Source of the DNA: Cenococcum geophilum
Lineage: Eukaryota
Direction: 5' to 3'
Length of the DNA stretch: 64,000 nucleotides
Assembly (NCBI GenBank): GCA_050273025.1
Contig: CP158635.1
Span: 12,586,001 to 12,650,000, forward strand
Shown here: positions 37,824 through 51,827 of the stretch, one piece after another
Numbering within the stretch: position 1 is the first letter of the stretch
Layout of the letters: each line of letters starts with the position of its first letter
Made by a program: the position numbers and the translations under genes
The notes under the pieces: generated by a model
What the model was told of the DNA's origin: nothing
What the model saw: the letters and a program-made list of their open reading frames with translations, nothing else
Databases searched by the model: none

Positions 37824-39888
37824 ATAATTTATTGCTTAACGTCCGATTTAAATCCCTATTGGGCCCATGTGGACTACTCCTTAGGTATATATAAGGAGAA
37901 AACTCTATTTAAGAAAACCCCATAATCTATCTCCCCGCCTTTTAGGACTCGCCTATAAGGCGCCTACAAGTTACCTATAGTGCTCCTACTACCTTACTTT
38001 TTAACCTCTTTAGGAACTACTGCTACTGCAATAAGCCTACGGACGCGCTAGTATTATAAACTTTACTTTACTACTATAGAGTTATTAGGGGGCGCTCGTT
38101 GCTTACCCCCCCGCCCTTTATTACTATTTCCTTTATAACCCAGAACTAGTTTAGTATATTTTAGCTAATAAGCTACTAGGTAACCGCCTTAAGGCCTTTT
38201 TATATTATGAGTAGTGTCTTATAGTTCTCTATACCAGCTACTAAAAGTATTACTTCTTAGTTAGTGCGTAAGGGGCATAATAGTATTATATATTTTAGTG
38301 TCTGTCTTCGCCAGCTATATTTATATCTTAGGCTACCTACTAAAACACCTACCCAGTAGAGCTAGTCTTTTAGTCCTATTATTCCTGTTCTTAAGAGTGT
38401 TGCTATTATATTTTCTACCTTTATTAGGCCTTCTTAGAGCCCTAAAGTGTTTACGCCCTATAGCGTTAACTATGCTATAGCTTAGGTTCCTCTTACCTTA
38501 GTTAGCCTCTATACCTTTAACTCCTATATACCTTTTTAGCGTTAGTTTAGCTAGTATTATATTGCGGTAGATAGTTTCCCAGTGTTCTTTTATGCTCTAC
38601 TTTAGCTCCTTTCTCTCTCTTACTATTATCTTTACTAGCCTCTTATACGTCTCCCTTCCTCCTCTATATAGGCCTAGGCCCTAAAGCAGTACTATTTTTC
38701 TTCTGCTTTCTTTACCTATTTCTTTAATATATCTTCCCTACTTTAGGGTTATTAGTTTATTCTCCTATAAGGCGCCCTAGGGTCCCTCCATAGTTTATTT
38801 AGGCGTATCTTAATATACTTTATAACGTTAGAGTTACGTTTCTTTTACGCCCTTTATATTGCAGCGGCTTTAATATATAGTTATAGGGGGGGAATATTAG
38901 CTTCCTTCTTAAGCAGTACTGTGGCCGTTCGCTTATATCCGCCTATTATACTCTAAAGGCAGGCTATTTAGACCTTTTAAAGTGGTTTAAGGAGCGATTT
39001 AGGGGGGCCTTTCTTAGATTCTCTAATGGCCTAAATACTAGACTTATACGTTATAGTTGGCCGGACGACTGCTATATATAGTAGGCGTAACCTCTAAAAG
39101 CATAGACCCTATATAGGGTTAACGATCCTAGATAATATAATATATTATACTTAGCCCTTACGGGCCGCTTGTGTTATATATACACTCTACTAGAGCTTAC
39201 TGTCTACCTATACTCCTAATACTTTTAGGCCTTAAACTGGTTAACCCCTAAAGCCTTAGATATAAATTATATACTAAAGATCTACAGATTAGTTACGTTT
39301 TCTTATAAAATAGATTAGCTGGTATTTCTCTGGTAAGAATTAGACTCTATATTGTCTTATTTATTCTATATAGGTATTATAAGCTTTCTCTAGTGTTTTA
39401 CAATTCTCTACGGCTATTAGCCCGTATATAATTAGGTTTATATTATTAACAAAGCCTATTCCCTAAGTCGCCCCTTCCTTAAAGAAGTTAAGCAGGTTGC
39501 TTATAAAGAAAAGGAAAAGTATAGGTAAGAGGGGTGATCTCTATAGTATTCCTATTGTAACTATAATAGGGGGGCTTTAGTATCCGCTAAAGACTAATAT
39601 TTTTTTTTTTAACCTATAAACCTTTAAATAAATTATATAATCTATTCTTGTCAGAAATTGGCGTTAAGGGTGCTGACTAAGCTCTGTACGCGAACTCTGT
39701 ATACAATCTACATAGACATTAACCGCATCTACTGCATCACGAATCAATCAATATTCATCGTCTGCGTCATCTCTATCATCAATTAAACCCTCAAGAGACC
39801 TCCGCTATGACCTTATAACCTTATAATTCCAACAGGTTATAAGCCTGGGTAGCAACACCTCTCCTAACTCAAAAAATCGACGCTCCAA

Positions 39889-42800
39889 ATGACCTCCTCT
39901 ACCTCAACCTTAACGACACCTACGTACGATCACAAGGCAGGTAAAATCGTCATTTTCAATAGAGACAACTATGCAGACTGGGAGCGCACCTGCAAGGCAG
40001 CCCTAATCATGTCAAAAGGATGGGATTTCGTCACTAGTACAGAGGACCCAAATTAAGTTAATTCAGCTAACGGAAGAAGAAGACAAGGGGAGGCAAACAA
40101 GATCATCTACAATTCAATAGGAGACGACCGTTAGGAAGAGATGCGTGCGATAATAAAGGCGTACAATATTTAAGGAATGTGGGAAGGAATAAAGAAGTTC
40201 AATAAGGCCAACAACAAGGTCTATATCTCTAGACTTCGCAGGGAGTTCTACAGCACTACATTCGACCCTACAAAAATACGAATCATCAAGTTCCTTCGTA
40301 TACTCAATCGATTCAAGATCAATCTAGCCTCGACACCTCAAGCACTTACCAACGACAATATCAAAGAGCAGCTTCTCTTGGCCCTCTTAAGCGATATCAC
40401 ATAGCAGAATGCGAAGACCTAGTACCTACGAGACAAACAAGACCTTAAGAGCTGCATTACCCTTCTTCAGGAGTAAGAGACTGCTCTCCCTACACAAGTA
40501 CAAAATGCAGCACTTACATACGAGAGGAAAGACGAACCTAGGGGAAAAAGGGGAAACTAAGGTCGAGGTCGAACAAGGGCCAGAGGTCGTGCTAGTAGAT
40601 TCGATTATTCCTCATCGCGTCATCGCCATAGCTCGTCATCTCAAGTAAGTAAAGAGCCAAGACAACCAGAAAGAGATAAGTGCAGAGCATATTATCAGAA
40701 AGGTCACTACCAGAAAGACTATCCCCTACTCAACCAATTCCGATTTAATAACGCTAGAAAGACAGATTAAGGTGCTCCTAAGGCAGAGGAAGTAGGAAAT
40801 ATAGCAATAGCAGAAGACAAATTCAACAGCGATTCAATCTACCTTAACCCTAACCCTAAACATGCTATACTTACAACAACGTCTCTAGCTTAGGCTCTCA
40901 ACTTAGGTGCAACTAAGCACTTCACTAGTAACCAATTAGACCTAACACATTTAAAGAGATGGAATACGCCTTAATAGGTCCGTACTACAAATAGGATCGT
41001 TGTCCTTACTATAGGATATAGCCAAGCTTAAATTAGTACCCTAAAGCTAAAAGACATCTAGCTTATACCTTTGTTTAAGACAATTAAGCTAATCTCAGTA
41101 AGGACTCTCACTTAGGAAGGCTACTCGATTACCTTTAATATAGACAATTAAGCTACTAGCAAGCATAAATTAGGTGCGACATTTAAGGCTATTATAAAGA
41201 ACAACCTCTATATACTACAAGAGCATTAGAAAGCACTTAATGCGATAGCGGAAGCATACAATTTATAACCAAATCTTAACAAAACAGATACTAAGCTATA
41301 GCACCGCCAAACTAGACATACAAATTACAGCGACCTATTCAAGCTACAGCACTCCTCACTAGGCATAAAGCTTAAGAAGAGACCAGTACCAGTCGGCAAG
41401 AGCACATACAAAGCTTATCTAGCAGGGAAGATGCGAGAAATACTAAGTAAGAAGACAACCAGGCGCAAAAAGGTACCTAGTTAAGGACTATACCTAGATA
41501 CTACGGGACAAATTAGTATATTAACTAGAGGTTACAACTACTACCTTCTAGCCCTAGATAACGCCACACGCTATACTTAGGTCATCCCCCTTAAAACCCT
41601 CTAAACTAAAGAGGTACTACTATATATTAAAGAGATCATCGTAAGGGTAGAGAGATTTACTAGCAATAGAGCTGTCTGGATTCAAGCGGATAATAAAAAG
41701 GGGGAGTTCGGCCGCAGACTTTAAGACGAATTAATATCTCAGGGTATTAATTTTAAACCTTACCCGCCATACAAGCACTTATATAATGGCGTAATTAAGC
41801 GCGCAATCTACATAGTCAACTATAAAACAAAGTCACTGCTATTTCAAGGAAATATACCAGTAGAGCTCTAGTACTATATAGTCGAACATACTGTCTAGAT
41901 TAAGAATCAAATACCGACCTTAGCACTTCCATTTAACAACAAGCACAGTAGTGCTATTATACCCTACAAGGCATATACCTATTAAGTCCCTAACCTTAAG
42001 AATCTAGTTATTTTTAGGTGTTATACCAACCCAATTAATACACTTAAGAAACACCCTAGGAAGTACAATTTAAAGATAAAACCTAACTACACTTTCATAG
42101 GGTTAAAAGGGAGTAGTCAATTTAAGATAATAAACCTATATACGCAAGCAATTAAGCTCTTTAGAGATGCTAAAGTAAATAAGTATAGGTTCCCTTATAG
42201 AGCATATTAGGTGTATACTATAAGTCAAGCTATAAAACACGGTAACTAAGTAGGCCGCTCTAATTAAGTGGGAAGCCTAGGTTAAGATTAAGCGGGACGC
42301 TTAAATCACGCTATAAGCCAAGCTCTAAACCGACCTAGACCTCCCCCTACTACCTTAAACACGCCAATAGAGACTCCAGTTACAAAAACTAAGAGTAGGC
42401 CAGATGGTAACCAAGTAGGCCGCTCAAGCTAAGTAGGAAGCCCAGGTTAAGACCAAGTAGGCCGCTTAAATCAAATAGGAAGCCCAGGTTAAGATTAAGT
42501 GGGACGCTTAAATCTACAAGGTGATATAAAGGGTGGGACGCCCGTACGAAGTATATTAATACACATTCCTTATACGCAGAGAATAAGGTCTAGAAGGTTA
42601 CCGCAAATAAGGGTTTTTAATAATACGGTAGTTTAGTTAGTAATAGCTATAAAAGCTGTCCACCTAAAAGCTAAGAATACTACCTCTATAAGAGCACCTA
42701 TAGCACCTTTTAATACTATTAAGCTAGATTAGGCCTTAAGGGAGGACGCTCCTAGCTAGATAAAAGCTATCTTTAAAGAATTCCTCTTACTTAAGAGGAT

Positions 42801-44319
42801 GCACACCTATACTATTATAAGGGGGAGAGTACTAGAAGGAAGGTCATTACTTCTAAGTAAGCTAGTTCTAAAGCACAAGTATAACGTTAAAGGAGAAGTA
42901 ATTCGCAAGAAGGTAAGACTATGCATTTAGGGAGACAAGCAGACCCCCAACATTAACTATTTTAAAACATTTACGTCTATTGTATAATACGACACCTTTA
43001 GGTTTCTAATGGCAAAGGTAGCAGCTAAGGACCTTAAGCTTAACTATATCAACGTTAAGACTGCATTCTTAAACCCGCCGTTATAAGAACAGATTTATAT
43101 GCAGATTCCTAACCTATTAAGAGACTTCAAACCTAACCTTAAGGGGGTAAAAGACGTCTACTTAAAGCTAAATAAGTCACTTTACGGCCTAAAGCAGGCA
43201 CCGAGAGAATGGTTTTAGATAATTAAGAAGTTCTTTAAGAACATAGGTTTAAAAGCAGCTAAAGCTAACCCCAATCTCTTTATAGAAAATAAAGTATATA
43301 TCTTACTATTCGTTAACGATATACTAATCGCAGGAAAGCGCCGATACCTTAATATCATAAAGACAAGAATCTTAAGAGAATGGAGATGCAAAGACCTAGG
43401 TCCTATAAAAGTATTTATAGGCTTCCAAATTAATTAAGATCGTACAAACCAAACCCTTAAGCTACATCAGACAATATATACTAAGAAGCTACTCAAACGG
43501 CTAAAAATGGATAACTGTAATCCGGCTAAGCTACTAATACCAGCTAGTACTGTTCTAAAACCTAATATTAAAAGTCTCCTTAAGTACAATAACGCGACGG
43601 TATACCAATAGATCATTGGTTCTACAATCTACCTCTTAAACTACACGCGTCCTAATACCAGTTATACTATCAGTTAGCTAGCTAGGTTCATAGCAGCACT
43701 AGAAAAATCGCATTACCGTTTAAGCAAGCAGCTACTACAATATCTAAACGGCACTCTCAAAACTGGAATTACCTTCTTAAATTAAAAGATTCACCTTCCT
43801 CTATACAAGCTTACGTTAGCTAACCTACCTACTAACTACAGTATCTTTACCAACGCCACGTAGGGAACAGAACACGATCAGATATCATTCCAGGGTATAG
43901 CAGTTATACGCTATAGGGGAGCAGTAATCTAGATGGCTTAAAGACAGAAGTTAACGGCATTAAGTTCAATAGAAGCAGAGATTATAGCAGCGTCAGAAGG
44001 AGCAAGGTTAGCAGTATAGCTTAAGAAGCTAACAAGAGATCTAGGGAAGAAAGACAACAACAACAACAACAACCCTTTTGTCCCTACGCTGTATTGCGAC
44101 AATAAGGGTACAGTAGACCTTTCATACAACACAAAACACCACCAAAAAGCCAAGCATATCGAGACTCGATACCTCTTCGTACAAAATAACATGGTTTAGC
44201 AAGGTTAACTAGAAGTGGTATATATACCAGGTAAAGATCAACCTGGAGATATGCTTATAAAACAGCTACTAATTAACCAATTTACAAAGCACTGTGTAAC
44301 GCTAGGAATCGGTAGCTGA
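39889..44319 (+). pseudogene. pol: copia 2 gag-pol pseudogene
   Basis: ATG at 39889. Knuckle at ~40680-40725, restored WALDSGATKH (~40890) and WHRRTGH (~41300). KSLYGLKQAPREW (~43174), LYCDNKG and KAKHIETRY read directly; restored FVDD. Ends TGA at 44317-44319. Confidence 0.92.
42238..42545 (+). repeat. In-frame 18-bp tandem repeats in the IN-RT linker of copia 2
   Basis: Recurrent (c/t)aagt(g/a)gg(a/c)(c/a)gc units in two clusters (42240-42305, 42405-42512). Confidence 0.7.
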
Positions 44320-46529
44320 TAGAGCAAGTAACAGAGGTTTTTCGCCTACTATAGGTTTTCCCTCCGTACGTAGGCCAAATGGCGCTTACAAGGTATTTGG
44401 GAATAGCTTTATAATTGCCTATTTAGGACAGACGAGGAGAGCGTCGTCAGCATGGGGGAGTGTCAGAAATTGGCGTTAAGGGTGCTAACTAAGCTCTGTA
44501 CGCGAACTCTGCATACAATCTACATAGACATTAACCGCATCTACTGCATCACGAATCAATTAATATTCATCGTCTGCGTCATCTCTATCATCAATTAGAC
44601 CCTCAAGAGACCTCCGCTGTGACCTTATGACCTTGTAATTCCAACAATTCTAGGAAGCCTTTTGCCCTAAGGATGTATAGGAGACGCTTATAGGGTATAT
44701 TATTATAGGCGCCACTAATATCTAGGCTAAGTATTAATACTATAAAGTCCTTTCATATTGCCTATACAGATTTAATAGTGGTAGCGAGTAGCGTAAGTGC
44801 TGATAGTATTAAGCGGTTCTTTCTTGCCCCTATTTAGCTTTATAATAGTAGGGCGTATTCCTTAGCCATGTCTACTATATAGTCCGCTATTACCCTTTTT
44901 AAGATCTTACTAAGGGTATTCTCTAAGACAATAGGGCGGTAGCTCCCTAGAAATAAGTAGTTTACTTTACCTTCTTTACATAAAATAAACGTTGTTATAG
45001 CTCTTCCAAGTCTTAGGTAGTAGCCTATTACAAAGTATACTCTAGCTATATCCGCAAGCTAAGGTAGTATTATTAATCCGTAGGTATTTAGGGCTTTATT
45101 TAGGATCCTATCTAGTTTTAGTACTATATTATTTAAAAGGTAGCTAATAGTTCTGGCTATTTCTTTAGTTATTATATCGCTGTCGACCCTTAGGCGAGTT
45201 ACCAGTACTTCGCCTATAATATCGCTAAGGTCTACTAAAGCTAGTTAAGGGAAAAATCTTTCTATAAGGATCTTCGCCTTATTATTGTTGCTTATAGCCA
45301 GTGATTTACCTAGTCTTTATAGGGGCGGAAAGTGTGGGTCTTCTACTAGACATCCCGCCTTTTTCTTTACCTATTTTACTATCCTCTAGAGACCTTTATT
45401 GTAGGGGAGGCTTAGGTTAATAGTATGCTTATTTATAAACCGTCTCTAGCTATTCCTTACTTTTTTTTTAGGGTATTCTTTAGCTGGTTTCTTGTATCTT
45501 TATATTGTCTCTTATCTTTAGAATTATAGCTACTTATATATTTTCTTCTTACTCGTTATTAGCTAGTAATAAGAACTGCGTATTATGCGGACTATATATA
45601 TCGTATATAGGGGCCCGGTTTTAAGACCGGGTAGTACTTTTTTAGCCCATTTTTAATTGCTGCCTAAATCCTTTTTAGTCTTTAGTTGATTTCCTTAGGG
45701 GTAGCTAATAAGCCTCGCTTATTTAGTATTAGGTAGATTTCTTCTAGGTCTTAAAGTTATTATTTAACTGTATTAAGGAAGCTGTTTATCTTAAGCTTTC
45801 TTATTACGTATCTTTTACTATTTAGTTGCGCTTTAATATCTAGATCTAGCTATATCTAGATAGGGATATAGTCTAAAGTAAGTACCTATTCTTCTTTAGG
45901 GTTATACCTTTTAAGTCTCTAGTATAGGCCTTTGTCTATAAATATAAGGTTAATTATACTTCTAGCAGTACCTCGTTGCTATATAATTGCTCCTAGGGGG
46001 GTAGCTAGCTTAAGGCCCTAGGTGTCTATAGCTCTTAGTAGGCACTCTATCTGTCGTTTAGCAGTAATATAGATACCCCCCTACCGCAGGTGGTGGAGGT
46101 TTATATCTCCTAATAGGATAGACTTTATGCCTTTAGTTTTTAGTAAGCTTATTACTAATATAATGTTCTCTATTTATAGGACCCCTTTAACCCTAGGGTT
46201 ATATATATTAATAATCTATACTAGTCCCCTATATATCTGGATTATTATAACTATAATATCTAGGTTAACTGCCTGCTATAACTATAAGGATAGGCTAATA
46301 GCCTTACTAATTATAAAGTATACGTGTGTAGCTGCTTTTGGTTTATATAGGAGCTAAAATCCTTAGGGGTAGTATATTGATTATATGTAGGCATTATAAT
46401 ACGGCTCTTGTATAGCAAGGATATAGTGTTTCTTTAGGTCTAGGCTGTTTAGTAAGGGCCTTATAAGACAGTGGTTTGTATTACCGCAGTTATACTATAT
46501 AATGGATAGGTAGCGGACCCCTAGTAGGG

Positions 46530-48230
46530 GTCCTTTACCTCTTCTTCGTTCCTTACTTCTTCTGTTTCCATTTTCTCTAGGATATTTAGAACTTCTATCT
46601 CTTATATCCGCACCCTAGTTACTACTTATTTTATATAAAGCTTTCTATTCCTATATCTTATATTCCTACTAGCGCTTCTATATCTAAATCTGTTATTATC
46701 TCTAGTTCTTCCCCTATTCTTACTAGTTAGCTATATACCCTTTAAGAGTTGGCTATAAATATTATATTTGCCGCGTTAAGTCTAATTCTTAATTATCCTA
46801 GTCTTAAGCTTGCTGTAGCTGTCTATAAGGGTCTTTCTATAGGGCGTCCTCTTCCTTATGTCCTCTATAACCCTTATATCCCTATATAGTCTAGTAATAT
46901 TGCGCAGCGTTACTTCTAGCCTATTAAGGCTTAGGATAGCTAGCCTAGCCCCCTCATATTAAAGGTAGGAAACGCTAAAAAGGCACCTGCGCCCCCCTAG
47001 CTTATTACCTATTGTTTCTATTTATATAACCTAGCGTGCAGTTATTTCTATAGCTATTAAGCCCTTACCTTCCATCTCCTATATTTAATGCAGTTTACTC
47101 TCTCCTACGCCTTATATATACTTTAGTAGCAGTTTACGCATTTTATTTAGTCTTAATTTAAGTAGTGTCTTATATTATAGGGGCCTACATAGTGGCTGTA
47201 GCATACCTATACTGCGTATATAGATTAGGTGTGTCCCTATTATGTGTAGCGATAATATTATTCTAGGCGGAGTCTGTAGTTATAAAGCCTTACGTTGTAT
47301 ATAAGGCCATTTATAATAATATCTTTTTAAATAAGGAGTTTTTGCATTCCTAGTATATATATACTAACGATAAGGGAGCTATACATTTAACTAGCGTTTC
47401 CCTAGTAAGTCTCTGGCGACCCTTATATTCTTTTATTATTCTTATTATATACTTAGTTTACATTTTCCTATTAAAGCCATTAAATTTAGATAATCTTAAG
47501 TCCTAGTATAAGGCGTTCCGTTTATTTTACTATCTTATATATAGTTACTATATTATCCGCCTAATATCCCTTTTTTACCCTAAGGCTTAGGGGAACCGCT
47601 AGGACTTTGACTGGGTAATTTTTGCGGAGCACTTTTATACCAATATATTTTCCTAGCCTATCCCCTACCCTAACGGCTTATTCCTTTGCCTATTAGTCCT
47701 TTAGGGTAACTCTAATATCTCCGCTCCTAAGGTGTTGAATTATAACAGCGTTATAAACCTCTTTATAAATCTTTATAAGGACTTCTATTTCTAATTATTC
47801 CCTAAGCCCCTCTACTTTTTCTATATTTAGTTATATTATAATTATATACCCAGATATTATCTTTAGGGGGGTAGGTTCCCTATACTATAGATATATAGCT
47901 ACGGCGGCCTAGGTGCGGTTCGCCGGTAAGGAGGGATTTTATTTATTTTTAATTTTACTTAGCCGTTAGAGGATTTAATTAAGGGTTTACTAAAGGGGCG
48001 CCTAAGGTTTACTAGACTGGCGGAGCTATTCTACTAGCTATATTAGTTTATTATAGCTAACGGTTACTCCCCTATAACTATAGATACTAGACGCGTCTAA
48101 TAGGCTTTATATTTTATTAGATGCCTTCTTAATAGAGGTCTTTCCGCTTTATAGTGTGGTATTCGCCCGTTCTTATTATAGAGGGCTATTGCTAGGCGTA
48201 GTTCTGGTAGACGCGCGCGAGTATAAACCA
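46530..48230 (-). pseudogene. LINE ORF1 (gag-like) remnant
   Basis: Lies upstream of the APE domain. Cys/His knuckle-like remnants at ~47040-47240. Boundaries approximate. Confidence 0.6.
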
Positions 48231-48785
48231 CCGTCGTTTGACGTATACCTTCCCTACAATGTATTTATCTTAGGGGGATTCTCTAGGTGTTTTTCAGGGT
48301 TCTTTTAGTTGGTTTTAGTCTTTTTAGGCTAGGTGCAGCAAGAGCTCCTTTTTCCAGTTCTAAGCATAGTATTATTACTAAATCTTACTACTTAAAAAAG
48401 AAAATAGAGATTTAACTACCGGTTTTGGAGGGTTCTGTTACCGTTTTTAGAGGTTATATTATTAAAACTCCCCGCCGCCCTAAGCCTCTTGCTTGCCGGT
48501 CTAACGTTAAGCCTCTTACTTACCGCCCTATGCCCTTGCTTTTTAATAGGTAGACTATAATCCTTCTATATACCTAGCGCTAAGGCTATATATACTCTAT
48601 AGCTCCTACCTCTAATCCGTTTAATTTAGGCCCTATTTCTCTTATTCTCTACCCTCCTACCTCCTTAACCTACATTGCTCTTTAGATCCTTCCCGCTGTT
48701 ATTACCCTCTAGGTCCCTCCCACCATTACTACCCTCTAGGTCCCTTTTGCTATTACTACCCTAAGTTCTCTTCTAGCTCCTTAGA

Positions 48786-50956
48786 ATGCGGTACGCTCGA
48801 TTATTAGATTATAGCTTATTATCTAGTATTACTAATAATAAGTATATAGATATAGATAGCGACGGTAACAGCTACGGGATAGAACCGACCGTCTTTAATA
48901 GTAATGCTAATAGTAATGCTAATAGTAATGCTAATAGTAACGCCGACTGCGACGCCAATAGTAGCATTAACTATAACGCTAATAGTATTACTAAATCTAA
49001 CGATGCTTGCAAAGCGCCCGCTTAAGTATGGCTTTATAAGGATTAAGACTATCTACTAAAATACTATCTTAAACAGTTAGAAGAGTTTAAGGAATCCAAT
49101 TTTACGATATAGAACTACGCTAATAGTAGTACAAATCTCCTTAACCGTATTAAAGATTAATAGTATTAGTAAGTAATAACCTATTTTATGGCTTTCTTTT
49201 AGATTTAACCTAGAGCTAATAATTTCTAAATACTACACCTATATAAGGAAAGACCCTAAGAAAATATACTAAGTCCTCTTGCTTTAGCTGCTTTATAGCT
49301 TTTTTAACTAGCTCCTAAATTAAAAATAAGGGAAGGGGGGTAGGAAATAGTGCAGGATAAAGCTTTCTAGCTCGCTTAGTATATACTAAAAGTACTATCG
49401 CCTTATATATAAGAGAGCAACTAGTTAGAAAATTGCTAGTAAATTAACCTGCTAGATATATAAGGTAATTACGTTCCTAGTTAACCCTTTAGCCTAGTAA
49501 AGTAAGGCGGAGCTAAAATAACTTTTTTAGGTACTTTGGAAACTGGTAAAGAAACATAGCTTAAGTAATAAGAAGTAAGAAAAGCCCGTTATAGACGTAG
49601 AGGATCTCGCCCTAGTTCTTAAAACCAACTTAGTTATAATAAAAAAGAGATATATAGTTAGGCGACATTAGATATAAGTCTATTTCTTACTATAGCTAGG
49701 CCTTTATACAGTAAGCTAACCTAAAGCTCTTCTTAACCTATGCTACCAATATATAATAATTATACTTATTCGCGACCTAGAAGGCAGGCCTTATAAGATT
49801 ATACCTAAGTTTAGCATAAAAGAAGCGTATATTCCCTTTCTACCCTATTCCTTTCCTTATACTTATAGAGAACTAGTAATACTTATGCCCATATAGTCTC
49901 CATTATGGCGCAGGTAAGGCATTTAATAAAAATAGTAAGTTCTATTATATAGAGCTAGTTCTACTAAAACCTTTCTAACGTCTATACTACCTAGGTAATA
50001 TAAATAACGCCCTTTAGAACCTAATAATGTAGCACGCCGACGCTTAAACATTTTTAAAGCACTACCTTCCGTGGTGTATTGGCGTAGATATATAGGCAAT
50101 CGTTTAAGGCTTAAAGCCTTGGGAAAAGTTAATAAAAGCAGTATGCTAAATAAGCCAATTAATTAACCTGTGGCGGCTATAGCACTTAATAATAGAATAA
50201 TCCTAATCGGTAAACAAGAACCCGCGTATTTGTTCTTTAATTAAAGTTTAAAATAAGCTAAAGCTTAGCCTTAAGTATAAAACCGTAGGAAGTATAGAAT
50301 CCTAAGAGCTTAGCCGAGAAATTATGAATAAAAGGTAACGTTAGAGAAATGCGCTATTAGAAAATATTAAGAATTAGGACAATAAATAAGCTATAATTAA
50401 TATTAAGCAGTAACTTTCTGAGGTTATATTTAGTGAGGATATTAAAGCAACCTTAAAATGTAGCGATAACAAATCGGTCGAACATAAACGCCTTACTAAC
50501 GTAATTATAACGCTACTTAGCACGTTACTAGAAGATAAAATATATAGAGGCAATAATGCCATTAATGCGGTCGTAGATTACTATAATATTAAGGAAGGTA
50601 GAGCAAGTCATTACTTGAGATAGTTTAGAATAGGTATCGCCCTTAGCTAAGTTAAGATTAAAGAAGATGCTAAGATTTTAGAAGCGGCTAAAGCGCTAAA
50701 GAGGGCAAAGTCATCCTTATATAAGGAGAAAAGACCAAAAATATACTTTATCTACCTTGGGAATAAAAGGCTCGCAATTAGTAAGCGCATATATAGGTTT
50801 TATACTCCAACTACTCTTATAAAGTATTTCCGATAAGCGTATCTCTCTAAACTCCTAAAGTAGAGTAATATTAAATATAACGTTTATAAAGTAACCCTTA
50901 AGCACAAAATACATCTTTAAAACTATGCGCTTAGTATATATAGGACCTTTTCCTAG
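48786..50956 (+). pseudogene. DUF3435 tyrosine recombinase (Starship captain family) with C-terminal C2H2-type zinc finger; RIP-destroyed and internally deleted
   Basis: Restored motifs in order: acidic (DSDA)n N-terminus; DHPPEYYLEQLEEF..LLDRIEDQW; KPVMDVEDL..GRHRIQ..LQLGLYTASRPKALLNLCY..TLIRDPEGGP; PYSLRYGAGKAF; LQNLMMQHADARTFLKHYL; ACRMSRSIDP; RPKICFICLGN..KHF..H..C..C..HLQNHALSVHGT*. Intron-like GT..CTAAC..AG segments present. Confidence 0.85.
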
Positions 50957-51610
50957 TTATTACGCGCTTATCTTATTATTCTTTACCACTTTTTATTTTA
51001 TTTTAGTCTATTATTATCTAATCCTATTCTAGTATTTAGTAAAATAAATATAATGACTAGGATTTTGTAATTCGTTTAGGGGGGTAAAGAGTAATAAATA
51101 AGGTAGGGGTAAGGGTAAGGGTAAGAGTAAGGTAAAGGATAAGATAAAGGGTAAGGTAAGGGGTAAGGGGAGGGGAGGCTAATAGGAGATGGATAATATA
51201 GTTACTATATAATATCTAACGGATCGACTATAGACAAGATATATATTCAAATTTCTTAGATTAACCTAAACGGAAAAAGGAAGAGAAGTATTATATAATG
51301 ACTTCCTACCTAAGCCGATCTTTAAGCTATATATCTTTACTTATATATAACGCTTGTACTTTTTATAACAAAGTATATAAGGGTAATTAGGGTCGGACAG
51401 ATAACTACTATTCTTAATATAATATATAAACTCAGCTCTATAACCAATATTATAATAAGTTAATTACTTACCCAATTATCCCCTAGAATTTATTACTATT
51501 ACTTAGCTCGCATAATTTCCTAACCCGTATAATTACCTAGCTCGTAAAATTAGCAAATCGTTAGACTATTATATAAGCCGTATATAATCTTATATTCTCT
51601 AAATGAAATT

Positions 51611-51827
51611 TATAACGGCTCGAACCATTAAATAAATATCTTACTAAAGACTTAAACAAATATCTTACTAAAGACTTAAATAAATGCTTACAAGATTAAG
51701 CGAACAAATGCTGTATTACGAAGATATTAAGCGAAGGAGCAAGAGAAGGTGGTGAGGCTACGTCTATATATTTACGCCAAGTCTTAAGCAAACCCCTAAC
51801 TAGGTGACACGCTCTAGCGCCGTCACA
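51611..51827. repeat. Solo LTR (217 bp) related to the family D LTR
   Basis: tataacggc (RIP form of TGTGACGGC)...gccgtcaca, TSD AAATT on both sides, internal 24-bp duplication. The end ggtgacacgctctagcgccgt resembles 61588-61608. Confidence 0.8.

Larger units (their letters stand above)
39649..44646 (+). mobile_element. Full-length Ty1/copia retrotransposon (copia 2), moderately RIP-mutated
   Basis: 186-bp LTRs at 39649-39834 and 44461-44646 (TGTCAG...CCAACA), TSD ATTCT, PBS-like ggttataagcc, PPT gggggag. Confidence 0.95.
38040..46520 (-). pseudogene. LINE ORF2 (endonuclease and reverse transcriptase), RIP-degraded, split by copia 2
   Basis: Motifs as listed for the LINE. Boundaries approximate. 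Confidence 0.82.
37824..48391 (-). mobile_element. Full-length Tad-like LINE (~5.6 kb net), interrupted by copia 2
   Basis: 15-bp TSD ttaaaaaagaaaata at 37809-37823 and 48392-48406. Restored APE motifs IIQYNCG (~46485-46505), AIQEP, GDINLHH, SDHIP. Restored RT motifs GIPQGSPLSPILFLF and GFVDD (~39440-39555). Confidence 0.9.

Noticed and set aside
48230..48391. HDV-like ribozyme at the LINE 5' end
   Set aside because: I could not build P1/P2/P3 from this sequence, so the SINE head does not appear to come from this LINE.
48407..48480. Exact Starship boundary or target direct repeat
   Set aside because: TTAC-like words occur, but no matching far end or empty site can be established from this window.
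26931..50562. Short hydrophobic ORFs at 26931, 28300, 38298, 43938, 46127 and 50374
   Set aside because: They are antisense frames of RIPed TE or recombinase sequence whose Leu/Ile/Tyr bias comes from AT richness.
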